64,000 nucleotides of DNA from Verrucomicrobiia bacterium. GTDB taxonomy: Bacteria > Verrucomicrobiota > Verrucomicrobiia > Limisphaerales > UBA11358. Numbering within the stretch: position 1 is the stretch's first letter; every line of letters begins with the position of its first letter. Shown here one piece after another: positions 47,472 through 56,241 of this stretch. Below the pieces are notes generated by a model. That model searched no databases. It was not told where the DNA came from and saw only the letters and a list, made by a program, of their open reading frames with translations. The position numbers and the translations under genes were made by a program. The DNA is taken from the NCBI GenBank assembly GCA_049280815.1, contig JBAPQW010000014.1:76893-140892 (forward strand), written 5' to 3'.

Positions 47472-49268
47472 ATGTGCATGAAAAACTCGGTTCAATCATT
47501 TGCGGTTTTTGCCGCAGCGGTGCTTTCTCTGTCCGGCTGTGAGAAAAAAGCAGTGACGCCGGAAAAATCCGCCGCCAGTTATCCGCTGCCCGAACCGCCA
47601 TTGGTGGCGGATTGCGAGCCGGGCATTCCGGGCGGACGGCTGATTGTTTCCACCTTCGCCGATCCAAAGACGTTTAATCCCATCACGGCCAGCGACGGTG
47701 GTTCGCAGGAGATTTATCGGTTTCTTTTCGCTTCATTGCTTGGCTTTGACTCGGCAAAGCAGGAAGTCGAGCCGGGCTTGGCGGAATCGTGGAGCGTCGC
47801 GCCCGACAACAAGACGTGGACATTCAAACTGCGCAAGGATCTGCGCTGGAGCGATGGCGAACCGATTACGGCGGATGATGTCGTCTTTACGGTCAACGAT
47901 TTGATTTACAATCCCGACATTAATCCGGTCATCGCTGATGCTCTGCGGGTGGGCGGGAAAAATTTTACGGTGACGAAAATTGACGATTTGACGGTTCAAG
48001 TTGTGACGCCGGAGATTTACGCGCCATTTTTGGAAGGCTTTGGCGCGGGTGTGCCGATCATGCCCAAACATATTTTGGAAAAATCCGTCGCCGCCAAAAC
48101 TTTCACTTCAGCTTACGGCTCGAATTGGAAGGCGGCGGATATCGTGGGCAGCGGACCGTTCGTCATCAAGGAATACAAGCCGGCGCAATACACGCTGCTC
48201 GCGCGCAATCCGTATTTTTTCGAGGTGGATAGCAACGGCCAGCGGCTGCCGTATCTCGACAACATCATTTACACCGTCGTGCCGGACTGGAATGCCATGT
48301 CGCTGCGGGTGCTTCATGGTGAAAGCGACGTGGACGACTTTATCAAGCCGGACGAATACGACACGTTCAAGGCGGCGGAGGCGGGCGGGAAAATCAAGCT
48401 GCTCGAACCGGGCATCGGGTTGGAAACCCTCTACATTGTCTTCAACGAAAATACAAATGTGAATCCAAAGACCAGTCAGCCTTATGTTGGCCCGAAAAAG
48501 TTGCAATGGTTCCGCAATACAAAATTCCGGCAGGCCTGCGCCTATGCGATTGACCGCGACGCCATCATCAAGGCGGTTTATTCGGGACGTTCCGCGCCGA
48601 ACTATGGCCTGTTGACGGTCGGCAACAAAAAGTGGTTCAACCCAAACATTCCGCAATATCCGCATGACGTGGACAAGGCACTCGCGTTGTTAAAGGAAAT
48701 CGGAATTAAAAAACGCAATGGCGACGACTTTTTGACCGATGCCGACGGAAATAAAATTGAGTTCGTTTTGAATACTAATACCGGCAACGGGCTGCGCGAA
48801 AAATCCTCTTTGCTCATCAAATCCGATCTGGAGAAGCTCGGATTCAAAGTCATTTTCCAGTCGGTTGATTTCAACACGCTGATGGACAAAATGGAAACCA
48901 CTTACGATTTCGACTGCGTATTAATGGGCAGCGGTCCTGAAAGCACGGACCCGGCATTCCTGATGAACCTTATCAAGTCCAGCGGTTACTCGCACGAATG
49001 GTTTCCGCGCCAGAAATCGCCTTCGACCGACTGGGAGGCGCGTCTGGATTATCTGATGGACGCGGAACTCAAAACGCTGGACTTTGCCGAACGCAAAAAG
49101 GATTTCGACGAAGTGCAGGTGATTCTCGCCGAACAACAGCCGGAGATTTTCACCGTCATCCCCAGATATTATGGTGCCGTGCGGACGGACATCGGCAATC
49201 TGCGCCCAACGCCGTTGAGTTACTACCGTGTTACCTGGAATGCCGAGGAGCTTTACTTCAAGAAATAG
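47472..49268 (+). CDS. peptide ABC transporter substrate-binding lipoprotein (family 5, OppA/DppA-like)
   Basis: Lipobox LSLSGC and a family-5 SBP body. It is divergent from the permease genes. The start is ATG 47472 or 47478. Confidence 0.88.
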   Translation: MCMKNSVQSFAVFAAAVLSLSGCEKKAVTPEKSAASYPLPEPPLVADCEPGIPGGRLIVSTFADPKTFNPITASDGGSQEIYRFLFASLLGFDSAKQEVEPGLAESWSVAPDNKTWTFKLRKDLRWSDGEPITADDVVFTVNDLIYNPDINPVIADALRVGGKNFTVTKIDDLTVQVVTPEIYAPFLEGFGAGVPIMPKHILEKSVAAKTFTSAYGSNWKAADIVGSGPFVIKEYKPAQYTLLARNPYFFEVDSNGQRLPYLDNIIYTVVPDWNAMSLRVLHGESDVDDFIKPDEYDTFKAAEAGGKIKLLEPGIGLETLYIVFNENTNVNPKTSQPYVGPKKLQWFRNTKFRQACAYAIDRDAIIKAVYSGRSAPNYGLLTVGNKKWFNPNIPQYPHDVDKALALLKEIGIKKRNGDDFLTDADGNKIEFVLNTNTGNGLREKSSLLIKSDLEKLGFKVIFQSVDFNTLMDKMETTYDFDCVLMGSGPESTDPAFLMNLIKSSGYSHEWFPRQKSPSTDWEARLDYLMDAELKTLDFAERKKDFDEVQVILAEQQPEIFTVIPRYYGAVRTDIGNLRPTPLSYYRVTWNAEELYFKK

Positions 49269-49275
49269 GCCGCCT

Positions 49276-49929
49276 TCAGATCAGGCCGAACAGTTTGGCG
49301 AGCGACAAAAGCGTTCCGTTGACCGCAAAGTTCAGCCCCTGGCGAACCTGCGGAATCTGGAGCACGACAATCACCGCAATGAAACCATACCGGGCAAAGC
49401 TCGCGTAGGCTTCCCAGCTCATGCCGCTCAGATTCCGCAGCACGTGGGAGCCGTCGAGGGGCGGGATGGGAATGAGGTTGAAAAAGCAGAGCAGCAGGCT
49501 GAGCGAGGCGAATTGCCAGCATACGCCGGCGAAGGGTTCCTGATGCATCAGTAATCCCACGCGGGCCAGCGCCACCAGCGCCACCGCCAGAATCAGGTTC
49601 ATGGCCGGGCCGGCCATGGTGACCAGGATGTCATCCGAGCGGGGGTTCCGTAAATTATAAGGATTGACCGGCACCGGCTTGGCCCAGCCAATCATGAAAC
49701 GGCTGACGCCGAAAGGAAGAAAAATCATCATCAACGGCAGCAGGACCGTGCCAATGGGATCAATGTGGACGATGGGATTGAGCGAAACCCGGCCCTGCAG
49801 CCTGGCGGTGTCGTCGCCACATTTCAAGGCCACCCAGGCGTGGCCAAATTCGTGAAAGGTCAGCAGGATGACCAGTCCCAGGTAAGAAATCAGCCCTTCC
49901 ACGATGACATTGCTTGTGTTGGCATCCAT
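49276..49929 (-). CDS. site-2 protease family (M50) membrane metalloprotease
   Basis: HEFGHAW zinc motif and several TM helices. Start set to ATG 49929, because the longer ORF runs into the REP-like palindrome. Confidence 0.8.
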   Translation of the reverse strand: MDANTSNVIVEGLISYLGLVILLTFHEFGHAWVALKCGDDTARLQGRVSLNPIVHIDPIGTVLLPLMMIFLPFGVSRFMIGWAKPVPVNPYNLRNPRSDDILVTMAGPAMNLILAVALVALARVGLLMHQEPFAGVCWQFASLSLLLCFFNLIPIPPLDGSHVLRNLSGMSWEAYASFARYGFIAVIVVLQIPQVRQGLNFAVNGTLLSLAKLFGLI

Positions 49930-49992
49930 TCCCGCCAGCTTACCAACTGCGCCCCCTGCCCGTCGAGGCTGCACCTTGTACGAGCGTTTTTT

Positions 49993-50063
49993 GGTAGCGC
50001 CGGCGTCCCCCCGCTGGCAGGTGGGCAATCCGCCACAAGGGCGGGCGGGACGCCGGCGCTACC
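49993..50063. repeat. REP-like perfect 17-bp inverted repeat
   Basis: GGTAGCGCCGGCGTCCC (49993-50009) pairs with GGGACGCCGGCGCTACC (50047-50063). There is an inner CCCGC/GCGGG extension. It lies in the divergent M50/fabI spacer. Confidence 0.85.
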
Positions 50064-50149
50064 AGGCTGGCTGGTGGCGATTTGTTTTGCGCACTGCCGC
50101 CGCAACGTTTTACCATTTCAACGATTTAACCGGTCGACAATAATATATT

Positions 50150-50920
50150 ATGCCATTGCTTGAAGGAAAGTTCGGGGTCGTTTTCGGTGTCGCCAATCAA
50201 CGCTCCATTGCCTGGGCCATCGCGCAGGCGTGGGCGCGCGAGGGCGCGAAGCTCGCGTTCACCTACCAGGGCGACCGGCTCAAGGAGAACGTGGAGGAAC
50301 TCGCCGGCACCTTTGGCGCCGACACGCTCATCCTGCCGTGCGATGTGACCAAGGACGAGGAAATCGCGAACGTGTTCAAAACCGTGGGCGAAAAATTCGG
50401 CAAATTGCATCTGCTCCTGCACTCGGTGGCGTTTGCGCCGAAAGCCGCGCTGGAAGGCGAATTCGTCAATACCAGCCGCGAGGCGTTCCGTGTGGCGCAT
50501 GACGTGAGCGCCTATTCGCTCGTCGCGCTCGCCCGGGCCGCAGCGCCGCTGATGACCGATGGCGGCAGCGTCGTGGCCATGAGTTATTACGGCGCGGAAA
50601 AGGTCGTGCCGCACTACAACGTCATGGGCGTGGCCAAGGCCGCGCTCGAAGCCAGCACGCGCTATCTCGCCTACGACCTCGGCCCGAAGAAAATTCGCGT
50701 CAACTGCATCAGCGCCGGTCCCGTCAACACGCTCGCCGCGCGCGGCATCAGCGGCTTCAACGAAATGCTCAAGCAATACGAGGCCCGGTCGCCGCTCAAG
50801 CGCAACGTGCTGCCCGAGGAACTCGGGGCCACGGGCCTGTTTCTCGCCAGCGACGGCGCGGCCGCCATCACCGGCCAGGTGATCTACGTGGATTCCGGCT
50901 ACCAGATCATGGGGATGTAA
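50150..50920 (+). CDS. fabI: enoyl-[acyl-carrier-protein] reductase (NADH)
   Basis: GKFGVVFGVANQRSIAWAIA, HSVAFAP, YNVMGVAKAALEASTRYLA, INCISAGP. Confidence 0.93.
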   Translation: MPLLEGKFGVVFGVANQRSIAWAIAQAWAREGAKLAFTYQGDRLKENVEELAGTFGADTLILPCDVTKDEEIANVFKTVGEKFGKLHLLLHSVAFAPKAALEGEFVNTSREAFRVAHDVSAYSLVALARAAAPLMTDGGSVVAMSYYGAEKVVPHYNVMGVAKAALEASTRYLAYDLGPKKIRVNCISAGPVNTLAARGISGFNEMLKQYEARSPLKRNVLPEELGATGLFLASDGAAAITGQVIYVDSGYQIMGM

Positions 50921-50937
50921 TTCCTGAAAGACATTTT

Positions 50938-51020
50938 CGATTTACGATATGCGATTTACGTGATCTGCGCGGATCGGGAGTGATTCGTAAATCGTAAATC
51001 AAACCTCGCAAATCCAAATC
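50938..51020. repeat. inverted heptamer-array hairpin element (CGATTTA units vs CGTAAAT units), copy 1
   Basis: Left CGATTTA CGATATG CGATTTA CG (50938-50960). 25-nt loop. Right CGTAAAT CGTAAAT CAAACCT CGCAAAT CCAAATC (50986-51020). CGATTTACG/CGTAAATCG forms a 9-bp stem. It fills the convergent fabI/flavin-reductase spacer. Confidence 0.85.
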
Positions 51021-51621
51021 AGGCCGGGCGGATCATTTCAAAACGGTCGCGGGTGCGGCAATACCAGTGCGGGGACGCCATGCGCCCGATGAGAAACAGC
51101 TTGTCGGTGCGGATCCGTTTTTTCTCCGCGTCGAACAGTTCATCGCGCAAATGAAGGCGTTTGATCAGGCCGATCACCATGCGATTGCCGCCGATTTGCA
51201 GCGTGCCCCATTCGGTGCATTCCAGGTTCACCGGCGATTCCGCGATGCGCGGCGGTTTCACGACGGAGGATGGCGCGGCGTGGAGTCCGGCGCGGGTCAA
51301 TTCATTTTCGCCGAACGGCAGCGACGCCGCGCATTGGTTCATCGCCTCGGCGATCGTTTCATCCACCAGGTTCACAACAAATTCATGTGTGGCGCGGACG
51401 TTCAAGGCGGTGTCCTTGGGCGCGCCGTTGTCGCGGTCGCCGGGCGCAAAGGCGCAGATGGGCGGGTTTGCGCCCATGAGATTGAAGAAACTGAACGGCG
51501 CGGCGTTCACCCGGCCATCGGCGCTGAGCGTGGTGACGAGGGCGATGGGCCGCGGCGTGACCAGGCTGGCGAGGAGGGGATACACCCGGTCGGCAAATTC
51601 CTTTTCAAGATCAAGTTCCAT
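51019..51621 (-). CDS. flavin reductase family protein
   Basis: FMN-binding split-barrel pattern (VTPRPIALVTT...GRVNAAPFSFFN). Confidence 0.8.
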   Translation of the reverse strand: MELDLEKEFADRVYPLLASLVTPRPIALVTTLSADGRVNAAPFSFFNLMGANPPICAFAPGDRDNGAPKDTALNVRATHEFVVNLVDETIAEAMNQCAASLPFGENELTRAGLHAAPSSVVKPPRIAESPVNLECTEWGTLQIGGNRMVIGLIKRLHLRDELFDAEKKRIRTDKLFLIGRMASPHWYCRTRDRFEMIRPA

Positions 51622-51668
51622 GTCCGCAGGATGCCACGGTTTGTTGAAATGGCAAACGGCGTGGAAAT

Positions 51669-53036
51669 TCAGCGACGAACCAGGCGGGCCACAAACGCGC
51701 CGTCCACATCGTCCACGAACGGCAGCAATTCGTGTGCGTATTCCAATTTGAAATCAGGGTGATCACTTAAGAAGTGTTTCACGACGTCACCGTTTTCCTC
51801 CGGTTCCAGGCTGCAGGTGCTGTACACCAAAACACCGCCGGGTTTCACCCGGGGCGCGGCCTGGCTGAGCAAATCCAGCTGCGCGGCGTGGAGGCGTTTG
51901 ATTTCCGCTGCTTGAACCCGCCAGCGCAAATCCACGCGGCGGCGCATCACGCCGGTGTTCGAACACGGAGCGTCCACCAGGATGCGGTCGAAGCTGGTTG
52001 AGGGTTGAGAGTTGAGAGTTGAGGGCAAAACGGGTTCGACACAGGTCACCCCGAGCCGCAGGCAGTTTTCCCGGATCAAACCCAGCCGTTCCTCTGAAAC
52101 ATCCTGGGCGACGATGCGGCCCTGGTTGTTCATCCATTGCGCGATGAACGTGGTTTTGCCGCCGGGAGCGGCGCAAAAATCCAAAATCGCATCCCCGGGC
52201 TGCGGCCCGAGCCTGGCCACGGCCAGCAACGTGCTGGGATCCTGGAGGTAAAACCCGCCGTCGCGAAAACTCGCCAGGGAGTGCAATGGCGGGTGGGTTT
52301 TCAATTCAAACACCAGATTTTCAAAATCAGCAGGGGCCCGCTGCCGTGCGTCCAGGCTGACCGACGGGTCGGTTCTGCCAAGAAATTCGCGCCGGACAAA
52401 ATCAGATTCGACATTTTCCGCGCGCCAGGTTTCCAGCAGTTTGCCGGCGTCGGTTTTCAAGGTGTTGACCCGGGCAAACGTTTTCGGCGGCGTATTGTTC
52501 CATTCCAGGAGCCGGGCCGTCTTTTCGGCGCCCCAGCGTTTTTGCCAGCGGGTGACGAGCCATTCGGGGTGCGACCAGCCGAGGGCCGGTTGTGACGTTT
52601 TCAATCCGGCCAGCAGCCTTTTGGTTTCGTCCTGGACGCGCAGGTAGCCGCGCAAAATGGCGTTGATGAATCCGGCCCGGGTGCCCAAACCGTTTTGTTT
52701 GGCGAGCTCAACCGTCTCGTGGACGGCGGCGTGGTCGGGAATGCGGTCGAGCCAGAAAATCTGGTAGAGGCCGAGCCGCAGCAGATTCTGGAGGCCGGGT
52801 TTTTGTTCGCGCCCATCGGTTTTTTGCGCGATGAGCCAGTCGAGCGTGGCCTGCCAGCGGACGACGCCATAAGTGATTTCCTGGCAAAGCCCCCGGTCGG
52901 CGGACGAAAGCGCCGCCCCCGCCAGCGCGGCCTGGAGCAAATCCTCGACAAACTCACCGTCGGCGCGCCGTTGCTGCAAAACCTGCGCCGCGATTTGTCT
53001 TGGTTTTTGGCCGCTCACCAACTTTAATAATGCCAT
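51669..53036 (-). CDS. rsmB: 16S rRNA (cytosine967-C5)-methyltransferase RsmB/Sun
   Basis: NusB-like N-terminus, then MTase motifs ILDFCAAPGGKT, DRILVDAPCSNTGVMRR and LVYSTCSLEPEEN. It contains the heptamer array. Confidence 0.9.
   Translation of the reverse strand: MALLKLVSGQKPRQIAAQVLQQRRADGEFVEDLLQAALAGAALSSADRGLCQEITYGVVRWQATLDWLIAQKTDGREQKPGLQNLLRLGLYQIFWLDRIPDHAAVHETVELAKQNGLGTRAGFINAILRGYLRVQDETKRLLAGLKTSQPALGWSHPEWLVTRWQKRWGAEKTARLLEWNNTPPKTFARVNTLKTDAGKLLETWRAENVESDFVRREFLGRTDPSVSLDARQRAPADFENLVFELKTHPPLHSLASFRDGGFYLQDPSTLLAVARLGPQPGDAILDFCAAPGGKTTFIAQWMNNQGRIVAQDVSEERLGLIRENCLRLGVTCVEPVLPSTLNSQPSTSFDRILVDAPCSNTGVMRRRVDLRWRVQAAEIKRLHAAQLDLLSQAAPRVKPGGVLVYSTCSLEPEENGDVVKHFLSDHPDFKLEYAHELLPFVDDVDGAFVARLVRR
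51996..52023. repeat. heptamer array (GGTTGAG x2, AGTTGAG x2 on the + strand; CTCAACY on the coding strand) inside rsmB
   Basis: 28 nt of period-7 repeat, translated as PSTLNSQPST between MTase motifs. Confidence 0.9.
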
Positions 53037-53068
53037 ACGACTTTTTGGACGCGAGTTAAAAGGCTTTT

Positions 53069-54928
53069 ATGAGAGAAGAATTTGAAAAACTGGCGGCGGC
53101 GGGAAAGATCGAAGGCCGCCACGTCGAGCCGTTGACCTTGCTGGCGGAAAGCGGATGCTGCATGCATCGCAGTTGGGGCTTCGGGCGCATCAAGACGGTG
53201 GACACGGTCTTTGCGCGCTTCGCCATTGATTTCGCCGGCAAGCCGGGACACACGATGGATTTGGGCTTTGCGGTCGAGAGCCTCAAGCCGATTGCGAAGG
53301 ACCACATCCTGGCACGCAAGGCCAACGACCTGGAAAACGTGCGCCAGCTGGCCGCGCATCATCTGGAGCTGATCAAGCTGGTGCTGAACAGCTACGGCGG
53401 CCGGGCGACGGCGGACCAGATCCAGCACGCGCTGGTGCCGGATGTCATCCGGGACGACTGGAAGAAGTGGTGGGAAACCGCGCGGCGCGAAATGAAAAAG
53501 GACGGGCATTTCATCGTGCCGCTGAAAAAGACCGAGCCGGTCGTCTTTCAGGCGCAGGAAACATCGCTGCAAACCCGGTTGATGACCAGTTTCCGCGCGG
53601 CCAAAGGTTTGAAGGCGCGGGTGGTGGTCGTCGGCGAATTGTCGAAAAGTGCCCCGGACCTGGCCGACAAACAGGGTGCCGCCGGCGAAATCATCGCGGC
53701 GTTGAACGTGGATATCGTGTCGCACCAACGCACGCAACCGGCTGTGGCGCTGGAAGCCATTTTTGCCCGCGACGAACTGCGCGAAATCGCCGGGTTGGCG
53801 CCGGGGCCCGACGAAATCACCGCCGCCCAAATCTGGGCGCAGGACATCAAGTTCGGCCCGGTGATGGAACAGATTCCCGCCGCGAAACATCATCATGCCC
53901 TGCAGTCGTTCAAGACCGCGAATCCCGAGCGCTGGCCGGAAGTGCTGCGGTACTCGTTGAATTTCGTTTCCGCAAAATTGTGCCGTGAATTTGCCAATCT
54001 GCTGATTCAGGAGGGCAAGACGGAGTTGCTCAAGGAAACCCTGGCGCGGCTGGTCAACCAGCATACCGCGAGCACCGAGCTGCTGCTCTGGCTGGGGCGC
54101 GAGCGCAGCGACGCCTTCGCCGACATCCTGGGTCCGGAGGTTTTCCGCGCCATGCTCACCTCCATGGAACGCGACCAGTTCAATGAAAAGCGCTCGAACC
54201 GCCTGCGGGAATTCATTCTGGACGACCATGAATTGCTCGTCGAGCTGACCGCCTCCGCCGACATCGACGTCGTCAAGGATCTTACCCGCGCGCTGCAACT
54301 GTCGCCGGTGTTCGACGACATGGACAAGCGCTCGCTCCTTGCCCGGCTCGTCAAGAGTCACCCGGCCGTCCAGTCGCTCATCAGCGGTGAACAAACCAAG
54401 CAGGAAGCGGCGACGCTGGTTTCATGGGAAAGTCTCGAACGCCGCAAGGCCGAATATCAGGAACTGGTGCAGAAGAAGATTCCCGCCAACTCCAGGGAAA
54501 TCGCCACCGCCCGCAGCTATGGTGACCTCAGCGAAAATCACGAATTCAAGGCGGCGAAGGAAATGCAGAAAATCCTCATGCGCCGCAAGGAGGAGCTGGA
54601 AAACCAGCTCACCCGCGCCCGTGGCACGGATTTCGCCAATGCCCGCACCGACATCGTCAGCATCGGCACGATTGTGCAGGCCATCGATCTGGTGGCGAAC
54701 CATCCGGAAACGTTCACCATTCTCGGCGCGTGGGACTCCGATCCGGACAAGGGGGTCATCAGCTACCTCTCGCCCGTCGCGCAGTCCCTGCTCAACAACA
54801 AGGTCGGCGACGAGGTGGAATTTGAATTTCAAGGGGCCAAGCACCGGCACCGCATCGAACACATCGAGGTTTTCAAGGCGGCCCCGGCTCCGGCAATCGA
54901 AACCGCCCCCGCCGTTTCGAGCTCTTAG
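53069..54928 (+). CDS. GreA/GreB-family transcription elongation factor with ~450-aa N-terminal extension
   Basis: The C-terminal ~150 aa match GreA (ARSYGDLSENHEFKAAKEMQ...VSIGTIVQAID...ISYLSPVAQSLLNNKVGDEVEF). The N-terminus starts with a small Tudor/CarD-like segment (WGFGRIKTVD...). Confidence 0.8.
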   Translation: MREEFEKLAAAGKIEGRHVEPLTLLAESGCCMHRSWGFGRIKTVDTVFARFAIDFAGKPGHTMDLGFAVESLKPIAKDHILARKANDLENVRQLAAHHLELIKLVLNSYGGRATADQIQHALVPDVIRDDWKKWWETARREMKKDGHFIVPLKKTEPVVFQAQETSLQTRLMTSFRAAKGLKARVVVVGELSKSAPDLADKQGAAGEIIAALNVDIVSHQRTQPAVALEAIFARDELREIAGLAPGPDEITAAQIWAQDIKFGPVMEQIPAAKHHHALQSFKTANPERWPEVLRYSLNFVSAKLCREFANLLIQEGKTELLKETLARLVNQHTASTELLLWLGRERSDAFADILGPEVFRAMLTSMERDQFNEKRSNRLREFILDDHELLVELTASADIDVVKDLTRALQLSPVFDDMDKRSLLARLVKSHPAVQSLISGEQTKQEAATLVSWESLERRKAEYQELVQKKIPANSREIATARSYGDLSENHEFKAAKEMQKILMRRKEELENQLTRARGTDFANARTDIVSIGTIVQAIDLVANHPETFTILGAWDSDPDKGVISYLSPVAQSLLNNKVGDEVEFEFQGAKHRHRIEHIEVFKAAPAPAIETAPAVSSS

Positions 54929-54938
54929 AAATTCAAAA

Positions 54939-54978
54939 GGCGCGAAGCATCATGCTTCGCGCCCCGGGGTCTTTGTTT
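54939..54978. terminator. bidirectional terminator between the convergent greA-like and DUF5069 genes
   Basis: GGCGCGAAGCAT-c-ATGCTTCGCGCC (54939-54963) with a T-rich tract on both strands (TCTTTGTTTT downstream, TTTTGAATTT on the minus strand). Confidence 0.8.
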
Positions 54979-54988
54979 TCCAAACGTT

Positions 54989-55432
54989 TCAGCCCTTGCC
55001 GCCGAAGCTCACGTAATCGTCCAGATCGAGCACGTCGAACCACGTGACAATGTCCGTGCGTCCGGGCGCGCCGGCCTTGTGCAGGCCGTTGAAATACTCG
55101 CGCCCCTCCGGATTATCCGGGGCGCGTTGATCCTGCCAGGCCGACCACGCGGCGATTTCCACGGCGGTGCGCTTGTGCTTGGCGTGGGCCGTGATCCATT
55201 CGAGAACTTCGGTGTCGCTTTTGGCCAATTCCTGCTTCAAGGCCTCCGGGTCAACGCCGGCAAATTCGAGGAATTGCTGGTCGAGCGGGCAGGCGTAGTG
55301 ATATTCACCGCTTTTGCCGGCCAGGGTGGCACGGCCCTTGTCCAGGCAACGCGGCAGGATCGTGTAGCCGCCCAGTCGCACGCGCGGACTGCGCGGGGGT
55401 TGTTTCGTCAAATCAGGAGTGTGTGATGACAT
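54989..55432 (-). CDS. DUF5069-like protein
   Basis: PRSPRVRLGGYTILPRCLDKGRATLAGKSGEYHYACPLDQ matches my memory of DUF5069. ATG 55432 preferred, because the 13 extra codons up to 55471 are atypically AT-rich. Confidence 0.6.
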   Translation of the reverse strand: MSSHTPDLTKQPPRSPRVRLGGYTILPRCLDKGRATLAGKSGEYHYACPLDQQFLEFAGVDPEALKQELAKSDTEVLEWITAHAKHKRTAVEIAAWSAWQDQRAPDNPEGREYFNGLHKAGAPGRTDIVTWFDVLDLDDYVSFGGKG

Positions 55433-55548
55433 AAGCGTTTCCGTTTTGGTTTTAATTTCAATTTGTCGCATTCCAATTTTACGACGTGTTTATATTGCCT
55501 CCAAAATGCCGAATTGCAAGTGGCTCGCAGAAATTTTAGCATGGTCGT

Positions 55549-56238
55549 GTGAAACACTCGGGAAAAGCCGCGTGGGCGGCGTTGCGACTCATCGGATTTG
55601 CCGGGGCAGGCGTCCTCGCCCTGCTGACGGGCGCCTTGCTGGCCAAATATATCGGGTCGTTTGTGCTCGAGTATCTCACCTGGGCGCTCGTCGGGCTTTG
55701 GGTGTTGTTCACCCTCTTCACCTTTTATTTCTTTCGCGATCCCGACCCGATGGTGCCCACCGGTCCCAATCTCGTCATCGCGCCCGGCCACGGCAAGGTG
55801 GACGTGATGGACACCACGACCGAGCCGGATTTCATGGGGGGCGAATGCCAGCGCATTTCCATCTTTCTTTCCGTGATTGATATCCACGTTCAATGTGCGC
55901 CGGCGGCCGGCCGCGTCGCCTTTTTCAAACATACTCCCGGGCAATTTGTCAGCGCGATGCGGACCGACTCCGCCCAGTTCAACGAGAACGTGCTCGTCGG
56001 CCTCCACACCACCGAGCCGGCCGGCGAGAAAATCGGCGTGCGCCTCATCGCCGGCCTCATCGCCCGCCGCATCGTGCCATGGATCAACGAGGGTGACACC
56101 GTCCAGCGCGGCGAACGCATCAGCCTGATTCAATTCGGATCGCGCGTGGATATTTATCTGCCCCGCCGCGCCCGGATCAAAATCAATCTGGGCGACCGGG
56201 TGATCGGCGGCGAAACCGTGATCGCCTCGTTTGATTGA
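55549..56238 (+). CDS. psd: phosphatidylserine decarboxylase proenzyme (short type)
   Basis: APGHGKV, SIFLSVIDIHVQCAP and the self-cleavage region IQFGSRVDIYLP. GTG start at 55549. Confidence 0.85.
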   Translation: MKHSGKAAWAALRLIGFAGAGVLALLTGALLAKYIGSFVLEYLTWALVGLWVLFTLFTFYFFRDPDPMVPTGPNLVIAPGHGKVDVMDTTTEPDFMGGECQRISIFLSVIDIHVQCAPAAGRVAFFKHTPGQFVSAMRTDSAQFNENVLVGLHTTEPAGEKIGVRLIAGLIARRIVPWINEGDTVQRGERISLIQFGSRVDIYLPRRARIKINLGDRVIGGETVIASFD

Positions 56239-56241
56239 ATT

